DNA from: Vicugna vicugna
Taxonomy: Eukaryota
DNA length: 64,000 bases
NCBI GenBank assembly: GCA_013265495.1
Contig: MU058844.1
Location: 8,307,260 to 8,371,259, forward strand
Reading direction: 5' to 3'
Each line of letters begins with the position of its first letter. Within the stretch, counting starts at the first letter, position 1. The position numbers and the translations under genes were made by a program. Below the pieces are notes generated by a model. It was not told the DNA's origin. It worked only from the letters and a program-made list of their open reading frames with translations, and ran no database searches. Below are positions 27,066 through 41,150 of the stretch, piece after piece.

Positions 27066-28167
27066 ATAGATTCAGAATTGGAAAAGACTCGAGAACTCAT
27101 CTTGTCTAATTTCTGCATTTTACATCTGTGAACACTGGCTCATAGAGGTAAAGTCTCTCATCCTGGGTTACCTGGTGGTAGAACCAGGGCAAGAACTTGT
27201 CCCTTAACTCCTGATATAATTGCTATTTTATAAATGATAAAAGCAGGGTTTAAAAAACCCTATTAAAAATTAGGATAAATGATGAAAATGTACATCAAAT
27301 CTAATTTCATAAAATTTACCCCACCAATTTTTCAGAGTTTATCATGATAGTTTTCATTATAAAAACCACTATTTGAATAGGTGATTACCAAAGAACTAAA
27401 TCATCTCAGATGTGATCTTATGTGAAAGAGATGAGCTGTAAGTTTGCTCTAAGAAATTTAGCAACATCTATACCCTATAAAAACTCAAGAATTCTCACAA
27501 ATGGTATTTAATATTTAGTTTGTGGTATCATTGTTTAGAAATTTTAGAAAATTGGGAATAAATTTGAACCTATCTTTCGGTCTTTTCAATAAGCGTCTAT
27601 AGCGACTTACGTAAAATTTTAAATCTTGGAAAAGAAAAAAACCTAAAAGCCTAGCCTTAATAATTATGCATTAGGTCTTTTCAGGGTTACAACGTGGAGG
27701 GGAAAAACCCTGGAGACAATGTGGGGTAGTCTAAAGGGCTGAAGGGGTACCGAAATTTGACACCCAGCACTAAGTATTAGTAAAGACACACAATCAGATT
27801 TGTCTACCATCTCTTTACAATAATGCTCAGCCTTCTGAGTCCTTAAGCAACATAGAGAAGCCAAGACCAGTGTATCTCAGAATCTCAGGAGGTTCTAGCA
27901 ATGCCATGATGTTCAGAGGACTCTCAGGGCTGTCTTATATCTCCTACCCAGTTCACGTTTTAAAGAAAAATATTTCCAAATCCTTACTATCTGCATCCTT
28001 CTATCACTATGACAACCAAGAGTATTGTCAGAGAAGTCAGCAAATCACTAATATCTCCTCAGCAAATCCTGAGACATGGAATTTCAGCAGCCTTACCTTT
28101 TCTCATGAGTTTTTGGAATCTTGTGACAGTTGACACTAACCTATAAGCATCCACATTTTGGTGCCAA

Positions 28168-28620
28168 TGTAGTTAGTCAAGATTTTGGTTCCATATGTCA
28201 AAAATCCAACCTAAATCAGGTTAGGGCCAAAAAAAGAAAAAAAGGGAATTTGTTGCCTCATGTGACTGGCAATTCTAAGCAATGATGAATTTAGGCATTG
28301 GTAAACCCGAGTTCAAAGGTGACTTCATTAAACTACTCCCTTTTCTCCATCACTAATTTCTGTTTTTCATTGTAATGGTCTCAATCTCATATAGGCATTG
28401 AGTGCCCTCAAAATATCCACTGTCAGATTTAGATTTACATATATACAACCAGCAATCCCAGAGAACAGGGTAATCCTTTCTTTAGCTAAAGTCACAGGGA
28501 AATCTCTCATTGGATTGGTTTGAGTCATGTGCCCCACCCACCAGGAGCTTTGGGTAGAATTAGCACCATGGCAGACAACTGGGCTAAGAATGAAGGAAGA
28601 TGATTATACAAAGAGACACT
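28168..28620 (-). mobile_element. Old MaLR LTR (MLT1J/K/L-like)
   Basis: TGTAGTTAGTCAAGATTTTGGTT...GGGAATTTGTTGCCTCATGTGACTG...CTCATTGGATTGGTTTGAGTCATGTGCCC. Confidence 0.55.
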
Positions 28621-28904
28621 GGGCATTAATAAAATGTTCACGAACAGTCTGTGGTTTGGGTTGTCTCTCATAAATAGCATAGTATTGAAACAAACAATGT
28701 GCAAATTTTACAAATAACTGGAGGAAGGAAGAGACCTTCTAATCCAAAAGTGATCAGGCTGAAAGACAGAGGGCTGAACACCTGACAATCCTAAATAATC
28801 ATAGAAACACAGTATTATCTGGAGTGACGGTGACTCTATACATTCCCTGAAAAACACACGATTGTTTACTAGGATTACACTGTATTTTAATTTTGATTAG
28901 TCAA

Positions 28905-29300
28905 ATCACTTTCTATTTCAAGTCAAACAAACCTTTTAAAACTTGACTGAACAAAAGAAGGAAATTATTAGCTCCTGTAACAGACAAAAAACAGGTCTTG
29001 GTTTCAGGCAGGTCTAGGGCTCAAATGCTGTCACTTGGATTTTGTTTCTTTCTGTATCTCAGCTCTGCTTTCTCTATATTGGCTTCAGAAAAGTTCAGAG
29101 GTCGCCACACATCATCTCTGATTGGCACAGCTTAAGTCATGGACCAACTTTGAACCAATCACTGGACCAGAGAGATGTGGTACTTTGGCCAGATTTGAGT
29201 TAGGGGCTTATCTCAGAAGCCAGGAGCTAAAGCCAGTTTTGTTCAAACCGCACTGACAGGGGTTGGGGATTATGCAAAGGAAAGTTAGGATGCAGTATCA
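28905..29300 (-). mobile_element. Old MaLR LTR (MLT1K/L-like)
   Basis: AAGGAAATTATTAGCTCCTGTAAC...TCTCAGCTCTGCTTTC...TCTGATTGGCACAGCTTAAGTCATG...TGAACCAATCACTG. Confidence 0.6.
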
Positions 29301-32300
29301 ACAAGAGGAAAGGAAGATATTCCCTGTAGCTTAAGCAGCCTCTTCATATTCTACCAACATACAGGTTGTAGCATCTTGGAGATAACAGAAGAGGATGAGG
29401 TCGAGTGTTTAGATGATTCTGTAAGACTTAAGTAACACTTAAGCCACATAAGGACAGGAACTTTCAAAAATCTATAAGGGTGAAAGGGTGAAGCAACAAC
29501 CTCTGGGTCACCAATGACTTAAAAAAAAAAAAGGCTTTCAGCACAATTTACAATTTACACTTGTATTCTTTGATCCCTGTGGCTGCTTTGACTAAATCTA
29601 TTTCCATCCTTGATTTTTAATGTCTTTCCACTTGGCTATAAACTCAGCTACTGCAGCTCTGTTCTCATTCCATGACTTCCATTTTGGTACCTCTCCTGGT
29701 CTCTCAGATCTTAACGGACTGGATCCTGTGATTCACCCCTGTTTCCAGGTACCCTGTCATCCACACCTGTCCCTCCAGGTGCACTCCTTTGAGATCACAA
29801 CCCTCTCACCCCACAATTATTCCCAATACTCTCTATCATCTCTCTCGCCTCCATCTGCTTATGGGCTGCAGGAATCATTCTTCCTCCTGGAAGAATGATT
29901 ATGTTATGTTATTTTCTCTTTAAAGTCCAAAAGGGCTTAAAGTTTTAGGATTTTAGCAGGGGTAACCTTAGGAAAGAAAGAAGGTACTTCTTTATCATGC
30001 ACAAAAGATGCAGAGGTAATACGATGATAGAAATGTTGAGATGGAGAGGAGGGAAGTTGGAAGCGCTCGTGCTATCGTCTCCATTTTCTCAGACATGTAG
30101 TAGAGAAACAGATGCTCAGAGGGATGGAGGAACAGCCTGCAGAAACAGCTGTGGAGAAGTGGGAGGTAATCCTTCAGATGACTGAAAATATTTCTGAGCC
30201 ACTGTGAGATCCCAGCTGAGGTCACATAGCATGAAAGTATGTTGCAGGAGGAAATACATTGCATTTGCCTTCTCTTGGTATTTGAAGATAATTTTTAATA
30301 TTTGTCTGTGCATACATTCCAGTAATATTCATATCGGTTGAATGGCATAATCATGCCTCCTAGGTTGGTAAAATCACCAATGAGTCAATGATAAATTGAG
30401 TCTAAAAATAAGTTTGTGATCTTCAAATATCTTTGATTAAAAAGTTGTGTAGAAAAACCAGACGATTAACAGTTGTTTTTTTTTTTCGGTTTGTTTTATT
30501 TTTTTAAATGTATAGCTTATAAGCTTATAATCCTTTACCAATGATTCTTCAAACTTTGTGTTCAGAAGAGAGATTCTGATTCAGTAGGTCAGTGTCAGAG
30601 ACTCTAAATGTACCTTATTAAAAGCACCCTATGAATCTCTGAGAGCTGATCCCTTGATGAGGCTTTAAAAGCACTAATCTACGTGGAAAAACAGGCATCG
30701 TATCTGTCCGTCTATAGAGCCTCTGTGCTGCAATTACCCCATCAAGTCATCTTCCCCACCAGTTTTATCCTGATGCCAAAGGGTCAAATTTACCCTTCTT
30801 CCATTTCAGTGAAGTACAGATATTTCACCAGCTTGCAGAAATGGAACATGGTCCCCAGTAACAAGCAAAGCAGTTCAAATGGCAAACTGTATTTACAAAG
30901 GAATCAAAAGATGATAATGAGCAAAGCAAAAAGGCTTCAGGCATCACATTTTAATGGTTGGATGACGGCGGCCTCTGCTAATTGACTGCCTTTTATAGCC
31001 ACACTCTAATAAGGAAATTCATCTTGAAGGATTGCCCAAATTCCTACAGGTGAATTTCTTAGAAGTGAGAAAGTAATAGTAGAGATAATGGCATATTTTA
31101 CAGACAGGAGCTTATTATGATAAACGTGACTCTTATAATATGAAGCTGGGGCCTCTGAGCTATGATTTAACAATCTAAGAAGGGGGAAAGCTGCAACTGT
31201 GATGAAACATTTGTTATGAACTTAGAACAGTAACTCAAATCACCTGTCTAACATCTCTTGCTGAAAGAAATGTAGCCTGGATCAGGGGAAACTTTGATAT
31301 CTTAGTTTGGGGAGCCCATACCACCAGTGGAAAGCTGCGCCTGCTCCCTGCAGTGAGGAAGTAATGGAAGTTAGATTTCAGGGAGGAGGAAAGGGAAGAG
31401 ACGGGATCTGGCTCATTTTTTAAGGAAATGGACAATTTTCATTTTACTTCATCATTTTTGAGTGCACGCATGCTGCTCTGACAGGTTCCTCTTTGATATA
31501 TCTGAAATCCAACGTGAGGACAGAATGAGGCAGAGGAGAGCCTAGAGATGGATGGTGATGAGTGATGGGACAGAGTTCAGGAGGGGATGGAGTCAAGGTG
31601 GAAATAAAGGAGGTATATTGATGTGCTGTTCCTTCCCTAATCTCCTCATCCAAACAATAAAACCCAACGGGAATTCCAATTACCATTTGTTAGTTCTTTC
31701 AGTTATTTATTCTACAGTCTTCAGTGAATGCCTCTTATGTGCTGAGGTTTGTTAAGCTCTTGTCTAAGGGGACACATCAGTCCCTTTGCATTTTATGAGC
31801 AAGAAAATCAAAATGCAGACCACAAATCAGCACAAAAATCTATCCTTAATACCAATAACGAGATAGAGAGGGAGGGAGAGAGAGAGAATATCATCTCAAC
31901 ATGAAACATACATAACTTGAAGAACTCTTTTAAAGCTTTTGAAGTGCTGAAGACTTAATAGTTGTGCAATCTATGATATAACAGCTAAACAGAATATTAT
32001 TCAACCATTAAATTCTGATGAAAAGCATAAATAACGTGAAAAATGCTTATAATACTATAGAAAATAAAAAAGATTAACATAAAGTACAAATATGCCTTAA
32101 AAACAGAATAAAGGCAAAGGACATTAATCAAAATATTAATTTGGCTATGTTTAGGTTGTTAGGGATATGAACATCTTTCTTTTCTAGCTTTTCCTTCTTA
32201 ATTTTACATGTTTCCAGATTTCCTCTTGTGAAAACATAACATCATATGAAAAGATGTATGGTCTACTAGAGAATGTCTAAATCTGGCTATGTATTTTAAG

Positions 32301-33319
32301 CATATACCATTGCATGTTCCTTTTGAATTTTTGTTACTGATATTTATAAATACCAGTTTCAAATTCTAGCTTGGGTTTCCTCTAGCCTTTGAACCCAAGC
32401 ATATATAATGCATCTATCTATTGCTTTTGTACTTGTATATCAGCAAATTGTCACCATAATTCTTATACAATAGTAGAGAGAGAGGATTAGCAGATGTTTT
32501 AAGATTGTGGTACAGTAATCTTTGCTTCTCTATCTGGTGATACCCTATTTTATTTTGAAATTATCATTAAAAAAAAAAGATTACCTAAGAGCATAACATA
32601 AATTCTTTCAGTGGTTTTGAGGTAGTTGAATTAACCAGTGTCCACATATGTTAATGTGTGGATTTCATAACATGAATGAAATACGCAGAAACATGCTTTC
32701 CAATAAACAAAATTTGACATATAGTGGAAGTTGAAAATAACCATATTTGGCTTGAGACCCACTGACTCTCAGTCCTTCATTGACTAATTCTGTGCACTAA
32801 TTTTAACATATTAAATGACTGGAAACTCATTTACTTATTCCAGGTTGAGAATTTATCATCATTACTTGAGCTACCTATCAATGAAAATATTTTGTAAGTG
32901 TCAGAGAGACCTTTTTTAAGATATAAACTTAATAAAACATTTCAAATACTTGAGAAATAACATTTGTATATATTTGGGGGACTCTATTTTTATCCCTACC
33001 CCACCATGGCTGGGGCCTAGTAACCATTTTCAAAGTAGGCTTAAACTCATTTATACTGTTTTTATCTTAATTAGTTCAATTCAGTGTGGGGTTTTATTAA
33101 TATAGCAGAATAATGAATATTCAGGATAAAGGTGTTGATACTCCGTTGTACGTGCATGAGTGTGCATGTCTGCGAATGTGACTGTGTGTCTGAGAATGTG
33201 TGTGCACTTTTCCATGATGCAGGACAGAGCACTGATGGCACCAAGGGTGGCTTCAGATAACTTTAGCCTCTCCTCCCCATTTCCATCAAACACTTTTCTA
33301 TGTTTTCTATATGCACGTA

Positions 33320-33865
33320 TCTGTGGTATCGGTTATTTCTTCTCTTTCATTGCTTATTTTGTTTATTTGGGTCTCTCTTTTCTTCTTGGTGAGCCAGTCC
33401 TGACATTTGTCGATTTTGTTTACTCTTTCAAGAAACCAGCTCTAGGTTTGATTGATTTTTTTCTATTGCCTTTTTAATCTCTTTTATTTATTTCCTCTCT
33501 GATCTTTATTATTTCTTTAGGTTGTTTGTTCTTTTTCTAATTCTTTTAGGTGGTAGGTTAGGTTGTTTATTTGAGATTTTTCTTGTTTTTTGAGGAAGGC
33601 CTATGAACTTCCCTCTTAGGACTGCTTTTGCTACATCCCATAGATTTTGTGTGGTTGTGTTTTCATTGACATTTGTCTCAAGCTATTTTTTAATTTCCTC
33701 TTTGATTTCATCCTTGACCCACTGGCTTTTTAGCAGTATGTTGTTTAGTCTCCATGCAATCTTTTTTTTTCCCCTCATTTCTCTTTCTGTGGCTGATTTT
33801 TAATTTCACACCATTGTGCTCAGAAAAAATGTGTGAAATAATTCTATCCTCTTAAATTTTTTGAC
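33320..33865 (-). mobile_element. Internal L1 ORF2 fragment
   Basis: AAGAAACCAGCTCTAGGTTTGATTGATTTTT, ATGAACTTCCCTCTTAGGACTGCTTTTGCT and TTGACCCACTGG are antisense to the region at ~9200-9700 of the large L1. Confidence 0.88.
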
Positions 33866-36800
33866 TGTATGCATGATACAGGTTTCCTTAATCTTATGAG
33901 AAATGCTATGCAGATGCACCATCATGATTCATTTCACCGCTTTCTCTAACTAGATGGCCAACCCTAAGACTCAGAAATATCACATAAGTAAAAATTTTAG
34001 AGCTGCCCTCCCAGGGTGATCAAGAGACTCTAGAGATTCCTTCTGCTCTTCCTTCTATTACCTTTCCTTGGACACCAGGCAGAACTTAGTGCCCCATGGG
34101 TACATTTTTGTATGGGTGTGCATTCTGCCCCCAAACTGTAGTTGAGAAAGAACAAACTAAAGCTGACTCTCAGCCTCTATGTTACTAGAATGGTAGGAAG
34201 TACAATGTAAGTCACTATTTTTTTGAGAGGAAGTGGGGCTTGTCATTCCTCAGAACCCCCCAAAATTCAAGAAACTTATGTAATGCCTCAGAAGTGAAAG
34301 GGTCCACTTCAGTTCATGATGCTCTCCACTGATTTTATTCATTTATTCAACAAGTACTGAGAACCTACTAATGGACAGGCATTGCTGTAGGCACTAAGAG
34401 CACAACAGTGAGCCAGACATCACCACCCAGCCCACTTGCCCCTTGCAGGCAGGCAGCTCTGTGGCTCCCTCCAATGTCGAAGTGTTTGCGGATGCCGCAT
34501 GGCCTAAGCCCAAGGTCCAGCTCCTCTAAAAGTCTGCTTCTCACCCATTCCCCACTGCGGTCTTGCTTGCTCCAGCATCACTGCCACTCTCTGTCTTGCT
34601 GTATTGCCTGTCTTTCCTCTCTTTCTTCCCTTCACTCTATACGAAATGCACTCTCCCTTCCTTCAATGTGTTTCTAAAGCCCAGAAAGCAGATTTTCTGT
34701 AAGCAACATTTGCTTTTTTGTCCTCTCCAGACCAACCTCCTTTCTGGCAACCTGACACAAAGGTCTGGTGTGGGAGAAACGGCATAGGACAAAGGGCATG
34801 GGAGGAGAAAGAAATGTAAGTTTATGTGACCATAACAAATCTTGAAGGAAGTAGGGTGAGGTCTTAGACAGTCCTTGCTTTCCCAAGGCCAGTTCACCCT
34901 TGGCTTCCTGGGGAATTTTTTACAAGCTCAGTCTGATCTTTTGTGAAATTGAGATTATTTCTGCAATAAGTGAAAGGATTTAAGGTCAGAACTCATGAGT
35001 TTTATGTAGGTTCTAGTATTTGTGTGATTCTAGGTTTTATTTCTATAATCTGATCCAAAGAAAAATAGATGAACCAGAAATATTCTGGGCCTTTTAAAGT
35101 CTATTTTTAGTATTAAAGCTTCCTATATTCTTTATTCTTTACTAATTCTCTATAACCTGGACATATTTAATGTAATTATTAGGGATCAAAGCAATTGAAT
35201 GTAAGAGAATAACACTTATAGTTACTCCTGCAAAAAAAAAAAACCTACTTCATTTATATCTCAGGTAGGAAAAGGATATTCAGTCACTTAGCTAAAGGGA
35301 AATCAAACAAATCAGAGGGAATTTTAAGAATGTATGATATTCAAGGCAGTCTGTGATCATTTAGCTCTTTGAGAATCAAAAGCTAAACTGGGGTTTTGAA
35401 GCCAGCACTTATCTGAAAGTCTAGACGTCAATGAGCTGATGTGAGAAGGAATATAATTTGGTCTTGGGATGGGATACAAATAGCAGTGTGAATAAATGAT
35501 GGGTACAAATGCTACAATTTGCCCAATTTTCTAAATCATCTTCACAGCTAGTTTCATGGAACATAGCATTTAACTTTGACTTTGGACAGCTTTGGCATTT
35601 CTGAACTTGAGAGTGACTACTGATTACTTAAATCCTAAATTATAGTTATTCTTTATTCTCTTTCTCTTTTTGGCCTTTTTGGGGTTCAGAAGAAAGCCTT
35701 GTGAATGGGGTAGATACCCCTTTCTGGTCAACAGTGTGTTTTTGCCCTTTTTCGCATCCCTGCCATCCTCACCCCAAACATTTCCTTGTCTTGCCCCCTG
35801 TATGCGCCCCACACAATCCCCTTCCCTATACTCTTTGGCAGGAATCCACATTTTATTTCAAGAACTAGACATTGTGAGAGTAATACATGAAAACAAAACA
35901 AAAATGCCTTTAATGCATGCTGGCTAAGAGATTTGGTCAGTTCAAAGATTTATTACCCTCAAGGCAAATGTTTAAGAGACCTCTTTTCAAGTAAAATCTC
36001 TATGGAAACTGTGTATTTGCCTAGGAGTTATTTGTATACTAGTCATTTACATCCAGCTGGATGTGTGTATAAGAAGAAAATCCACAACTCCATCTCTGCC
36101 ATGGTAGCACGTAGGAAAAGGTGGGCTGGAACCACTGATTCGGTCCTCTATAAATTTAGCAGTGAAATGGGTGTTCCAGATCAGTAGTAGTGGTAACTTT
36201 ACAACCGGGGAGGTATTTTTGAGAGTCAATTTTTGTTGTCCTTCTGACTTACTTAAGTTTAAGGAATATTATTTGAAATTTGTTACACTTCCGAAAAATT
36301 TAACAATATTTACTGCTTCTCCAGATCCTTTGTAGAAAGGAAGAAAGAAGAAAGTAGGGGATGAGAGGAAAAGAAGAGGAATAAATGTGATTAAACGTAT
36401 ATCCCACAATTAACTCTTGTCACTATTTTCACAAAGCATCAATGCATAGATCTAGACAATTTGGGGTTAAGTTTATTATATTATGTATATTTTTGGAAAC
36501 TTATTTAGACTTTGAGAGCCTATAATTTCACACAAGAGCCTGAAATATTAATTTACACATATTAAGTAAGCACATTAATCAGCCTCATTGTCAAAATGAC
36601 CGAAAGTGACTGAATGCAATGAAGCTGAAATGGATCAGACTTTCCTTTTCAAAAATCATTCTTAATAATTAAAAACACTTCTCAGAGCAAAAAAAAAAAA
36701 ACTAATTCTTTATAAAATTTCAAACGCATGCCATTAAGCTTCACATCTAAAACATAAAAAGCAAGGTTCTCTCTTTTTTTATTAAAATCATAAGAGCATG

Positions 36801-37377
36801 TATTGAGTTCTAACTGTGTACTAGTATTTGTGCTAAGGTCTGCATCAATCTTCCTTCACTGTCACAACCTGAGATAGACACGGTTCCCTTCACTTTACAA
36901 GCTGGAGTCAGAAATATCCAAGGTCTCAAGGCTGTTATGTAGTAGTCTAGGAGCCCAGCCTATGACTGCCCAACTTTGTCCATGCTCTTCCTTTAGGTAT
37001 CTTACAGCTTTGATATGACCATAGCATTGAGGCCAGAAATGAAACAACGCTGCTCAGAAGAGAAAGCATCTAGAGCCTCGTGCCTGTGTCAGTGAAGCTG
37101 AACTGATCACAGATCAAGCTCAGACTGAGGGAGCACTCAGGAGCTGGTCAATTCTCCAAGCCCAGACAAAACCTCTGAAATAGAGTAAGTGTTTAAATGA
37201 AGGCAGTGAGGGTAAGTAACTTCAGGAGATGAGACATTTCTATCTGACTTGTAAGCAGGTCAGGAACATAAGAAGGTCAAATTATTTCCAAAACATGTAT
37301 TGAGTGTATCCTATATGCCAGGGCAAGAAGCTGGTACCAGGGATACAGAGATGAGTCTTACTGGGAAAAGCAGACAG

Positions 37378-37860
37378 TGTCTCTGTTAGGACTCCTTTGG
37401 TTATAACTGATGGACACCTGACCCAAACTGGCTCAAGCAAAAAGAGATAATATTGAGATCTTAATTGAGATCATTGAGATATTCAAGGGGCCATCTGGTT
37501 TCAGGCATGGCTTCATTTAGGGCTCCAACAATGTCACCAGATGTTTCACTACTCCCAGTGATTTCAGGTTTATGTTTGCCTTTACTTTGTCCTATGGGTG
37601 GAGAGGTTGACAGACACAAAATAACTTTATAGGAGGACAGGAGTTCTGGAATTGAAACTATCAGCTCTGATTTGCCTGGCTTGGGTATATTCACCCATCC
37701 AGCAGTCACTATGGTGAAGGGGATGGAATGAACCCATTGGCTTAGCCAGGTGCTGGAGTTAACACAGGAGGTAGAGGCTACACAAACCAAAATCAGGATC
37801 TTAATGTCACAAGAAAAAAAATTGGACCCTAGGTGGCAAAACAAACGTTTTCCACCTGTA
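37378..37860 (-). mobile_element. Old MaLR LTR (MLT1J/K-like) inserted in an antisense L2
   Basis: TGTCTCTGTTAGGACTCCTTTGGTTATAACTGATGGACACCTGACCCAAACTGGCTCAAGCAAAA; L2 tail-like sequence upstream at ~37280-37375. Confidence 0.6.
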
Positions 37861-38225
37861 TGCAAATAATTATTTCAATGTGATGAGTCATCTAATAGAA
37901 TTATAAGGGAGTAAAATCAGGGAGTAGGAAGTTTGTAACTTGATTAAACACAGTACTTATGCCAAGTCTTGAAGATAAACAAAAATATCTCAGGCAAATA
38001 GGGGGAAAAGGAAAAGTTACAGCAGTGGTTAAAATGAAAAATCAGTGTAGTTTTTTTGGAATGATAAGGACTGTGTGACTGGAGAACTGGGAGTTCAGAT
38101 TGTTAGAGGCAGAGGGAAGGAGGAGGGGGGGTTGAGTAATAAGCAGGTTTATGGTTACTTCATCATGGCTTTGGACTTTATTTACTGAGGGATGTGGTTC
38201 ACTGAAGGTTTTCAGTGCTCTAAGA

Positions 38226-38571
38226 CAACAGTTTGCAAACTTTTTTTGTAGACAATCAGTTAGTAAATGTATCAGGTTTTGCCGACCATACTGTCTCCAC
38301 TCCTTACCTCTGCCATTCTAGTAAGATAGCAGCCGAAGGCAATATATAAAATAAATGATCATGGCTGTGTTCCAAGAAAATTGTATTTATGGACACTGAA
38401 ATTTGAATTTCATATAATTTTTACATCACAGAAAATACTATTCTTTAATTTTTTTTCAATCATTGAGAAGTAAAAAAATAAATTCTTAGCTTAGGATGGT
38501 TAAGAAAATTTAAAAAGAAGAGTTAGGCCAGGTTAGACCTGTGCACCTGGTCATAGTTTTATTGACCCCTG
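38226..38571. mobile_element. hAT-Charlie MITE (MER58B-like)
   Basis: GCAAACTTTTTTTGTA...GGCTGTGTTCCAAGAAAATTGTATTTATGGACACTGAAATTTGAATTTCATATAATTTT...GACCCCTG. Confidence 0.8.
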
Positions 38572-40365
38572 TTCTAAAATGATCAGTTCTATATCTCCAG
38601 ATTACCTAGAGCAAATACAAAAGAAGCAATAGAATAAAAAGAGAGGAGAGCTATTAGGAGACCACTGCACTAATCCAGGTTGAAGCTGGTTCACTGTAGA
38701 TGAGAAACTGAAAGTCTTGAGACTTAAGACTTTAAGTCTTTAGAAAGGAGAACTGTGAGCTAAGTGACAAGGGAGCCTTTGTTATTGAGTTAGGCCTATC
38801 AAAGAGTTAACCTGGAGTGATTAGACAGAGGATAGGATGGAGGTTGATGATTCAAGCCAGGAAGGAGGGAGTGACACAATCCTAGAGGGTAGAATGTATT
38901 TCCTGAGACTTGAAGGATGAAGCAGAGATGGTAGGTCAATTCTGTTGTGGAAATACCAGAGGTGCTTGGACCTCAGGGTGGAGGGAGATTGTGGACAGCT
39001 CTGTAGATGTTAGAGTCAGTGGTTGAGCTTGGCACCCAAGAAATGGATGCTATTAGGGGAGAAGATGGTTTTGAATTGATCTCCAGTGGACTGGAAAAGA
39101 CTCTCAGTGGTGACCATTATGGACTGAATAGCCAAAGTCTTCCCTCTTCTCCTAGATTTTATAAATCCTCATCTTCTTTAATGACTTTAAGAGAGGAGGA
39201 AGTATCTTTTGGAAACAGACTAAGTTGAGCTTTCCATTATCTGGGGTGGTAAATCCTGAACCAGATTAAATTTGAGGAAATGTGATATTTTCTGAGTTCT
39301 AGTGTTGTGGGCAAATTCATACCAACAACCAATAGCACATTTCAATTTTTGCCAAAAATCTTTTAACTGGGAGGTTGCATCTCCAGGTGATTCTGATCTA
39401 CACTCAAGGTTGAAAACCACTGGTCTAAGGAAAATAATACAAGCCAACACACTTATAAAACATTCTGATTTCTGCTTATTGATTTTAGTAAGTTGGAATA
39501 TAGTATGGGATAAGAAGATTTCATTCTTAACTAAGTAAAACATTCCAGCTACATATAGCAGCAAAGAAATATTCCTGCCATCTTGAAAATTTAGTGTATA
39601 AAGTGAGAAAGTGAAGATCACTTGATATAAACAAGATCCATCTTGGAAAAAGAAACTCCAAGCATGGGTCCTTCACCCTCTGAATTCATACAGAATCCAC
39701 CCATGAGAGGTATAGTCTGTGACTGAAGCATTCAGCTATGAAGTATAGCATAGTGCTACAATGAATACAGACTTTCTTTGTCAGAGAATTTATCAAGTAG
39801 AAAAGAATTTACAGACATAATGTAAGAGAATGCTTGCTGTAGTACTGGAACTTTTATTCAAGTTGTAGTGTTCATTATATGAAGGTTAAATTCAGTAGGC
39901 TTTATATGAATAAATTCTTTCTGAGATTTTTTTTTCAAAGGGCTTATTCAATGAAGTATTGCTAATAGCCACTTAATCATCCAACTAAGGCACGGATATA
40001 GTGCTGTGGAAAGTACAAGGGTTTGCTCAAGGCTACTCTATTCATGCAAGGACTGGAAAGCAAATGGAAATATTGAAATTCCTAACTTAGCTCTCATCTT
40101 TACCATTATTGTTGTTATCCTTCATTTTTTTCTCCCACAATTTATACTAATATATGCACCTTTATTATCCTGGGTAATTTCTGATGAGGAAGAGAAAAAA
40201 AATTATTTTGCTTAGTGTATTTATTTTCCCTGCACTTGTAATTTTTTCATTCCTTCATTCTTTTGTTTGAAAATAGTTAATGAGTACCTGTTCAATAACA
40301 GACATTGGACTAGATGTTTGGGAAACAAAGATAAATAATAAATAAGCCAAAATCATAGTCCAAAG

Positions 40366-40515
40366 CAGGGGTATTCATAATATGGCCACAGATAAGCATC
40401 ATTACTCTGGAACTTGTTAGAAATGCAAAATCAGGCTTCCAACTTTACCCAACAATTTGTGTTTTAGCAACACCTCCAGATGATTCTGACCTACACTCAG
40501 GTTTGAGAACCACTG
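40366..40515. mobile_element. MER5A MITE with 8-bp hAT TSD, inside an antisense L2
   Basis: GGAACTTGTTAGAAATGCAAA, TTTGAGAACCACTG; TSD GTCCAAAG (40358-40365) / GTCTAAGG (40516-40523). Confidence 0.85.
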
Positions 40516-40639
40516 GTCTAAGGAAAATAGTACAAGCAAAAATATTTTGATAAGGTGAATAAGATTCATGTATAAGTTCCTATTGGAGCAGAGAGGAGAA
40601 AGCTTCTAATCTCTTCTACATTTGGTTTAGAAAACACAC

Positions 40640-41150
40640 ACTCTCTAAAATTCACAGATGTCCTCAGCATCCTTCCTTTGCATAAAACATTTCACTGCTC
40701 CCTATTGCCTTCAAGATAAAATCCAAGATTTCTAGCATACCATTTGAGGGGTTCCAGGATTTCTTCTTTCCAATCTCATCTCTTGCTCCTCCATCAACAT
40801 TGTACAACTTGCAGTACACACACACCATGCTGTTCTCACTTCCCCTGTGCCCAGAATATCTTTCCCTCATGCCGCTCCACAACATTGAACAACACTGGGA
40901 CTCCGCTGGAGAGAAATTTCCTCCGGGAAATCTTCCCTAACTTCCCTATGGCCTTCATATCTCCATCTGTGTATAACTCTATCACTGAATGTATCACATT
41001 ACAGTGTTTCTCAGATTATATGTCCATCTCTGCCACATAACCGTTAGTTCCTGCAAACAAGAATATTTAGTACTCATTTTAGTGCTTGTAATGCCAATGC
41101 AGTGCCTGGGACCAAATGGAAGGACAAAAAGGGTTCAACAAATGCATTTT
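40640..41150 (+). mobile_element. L2 3' fragment
   Basis: CTCCCTATTGCCTTCAAGATAAAATCCAAG...CAGTGCCTGGGAC. Confidence 0.6.
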
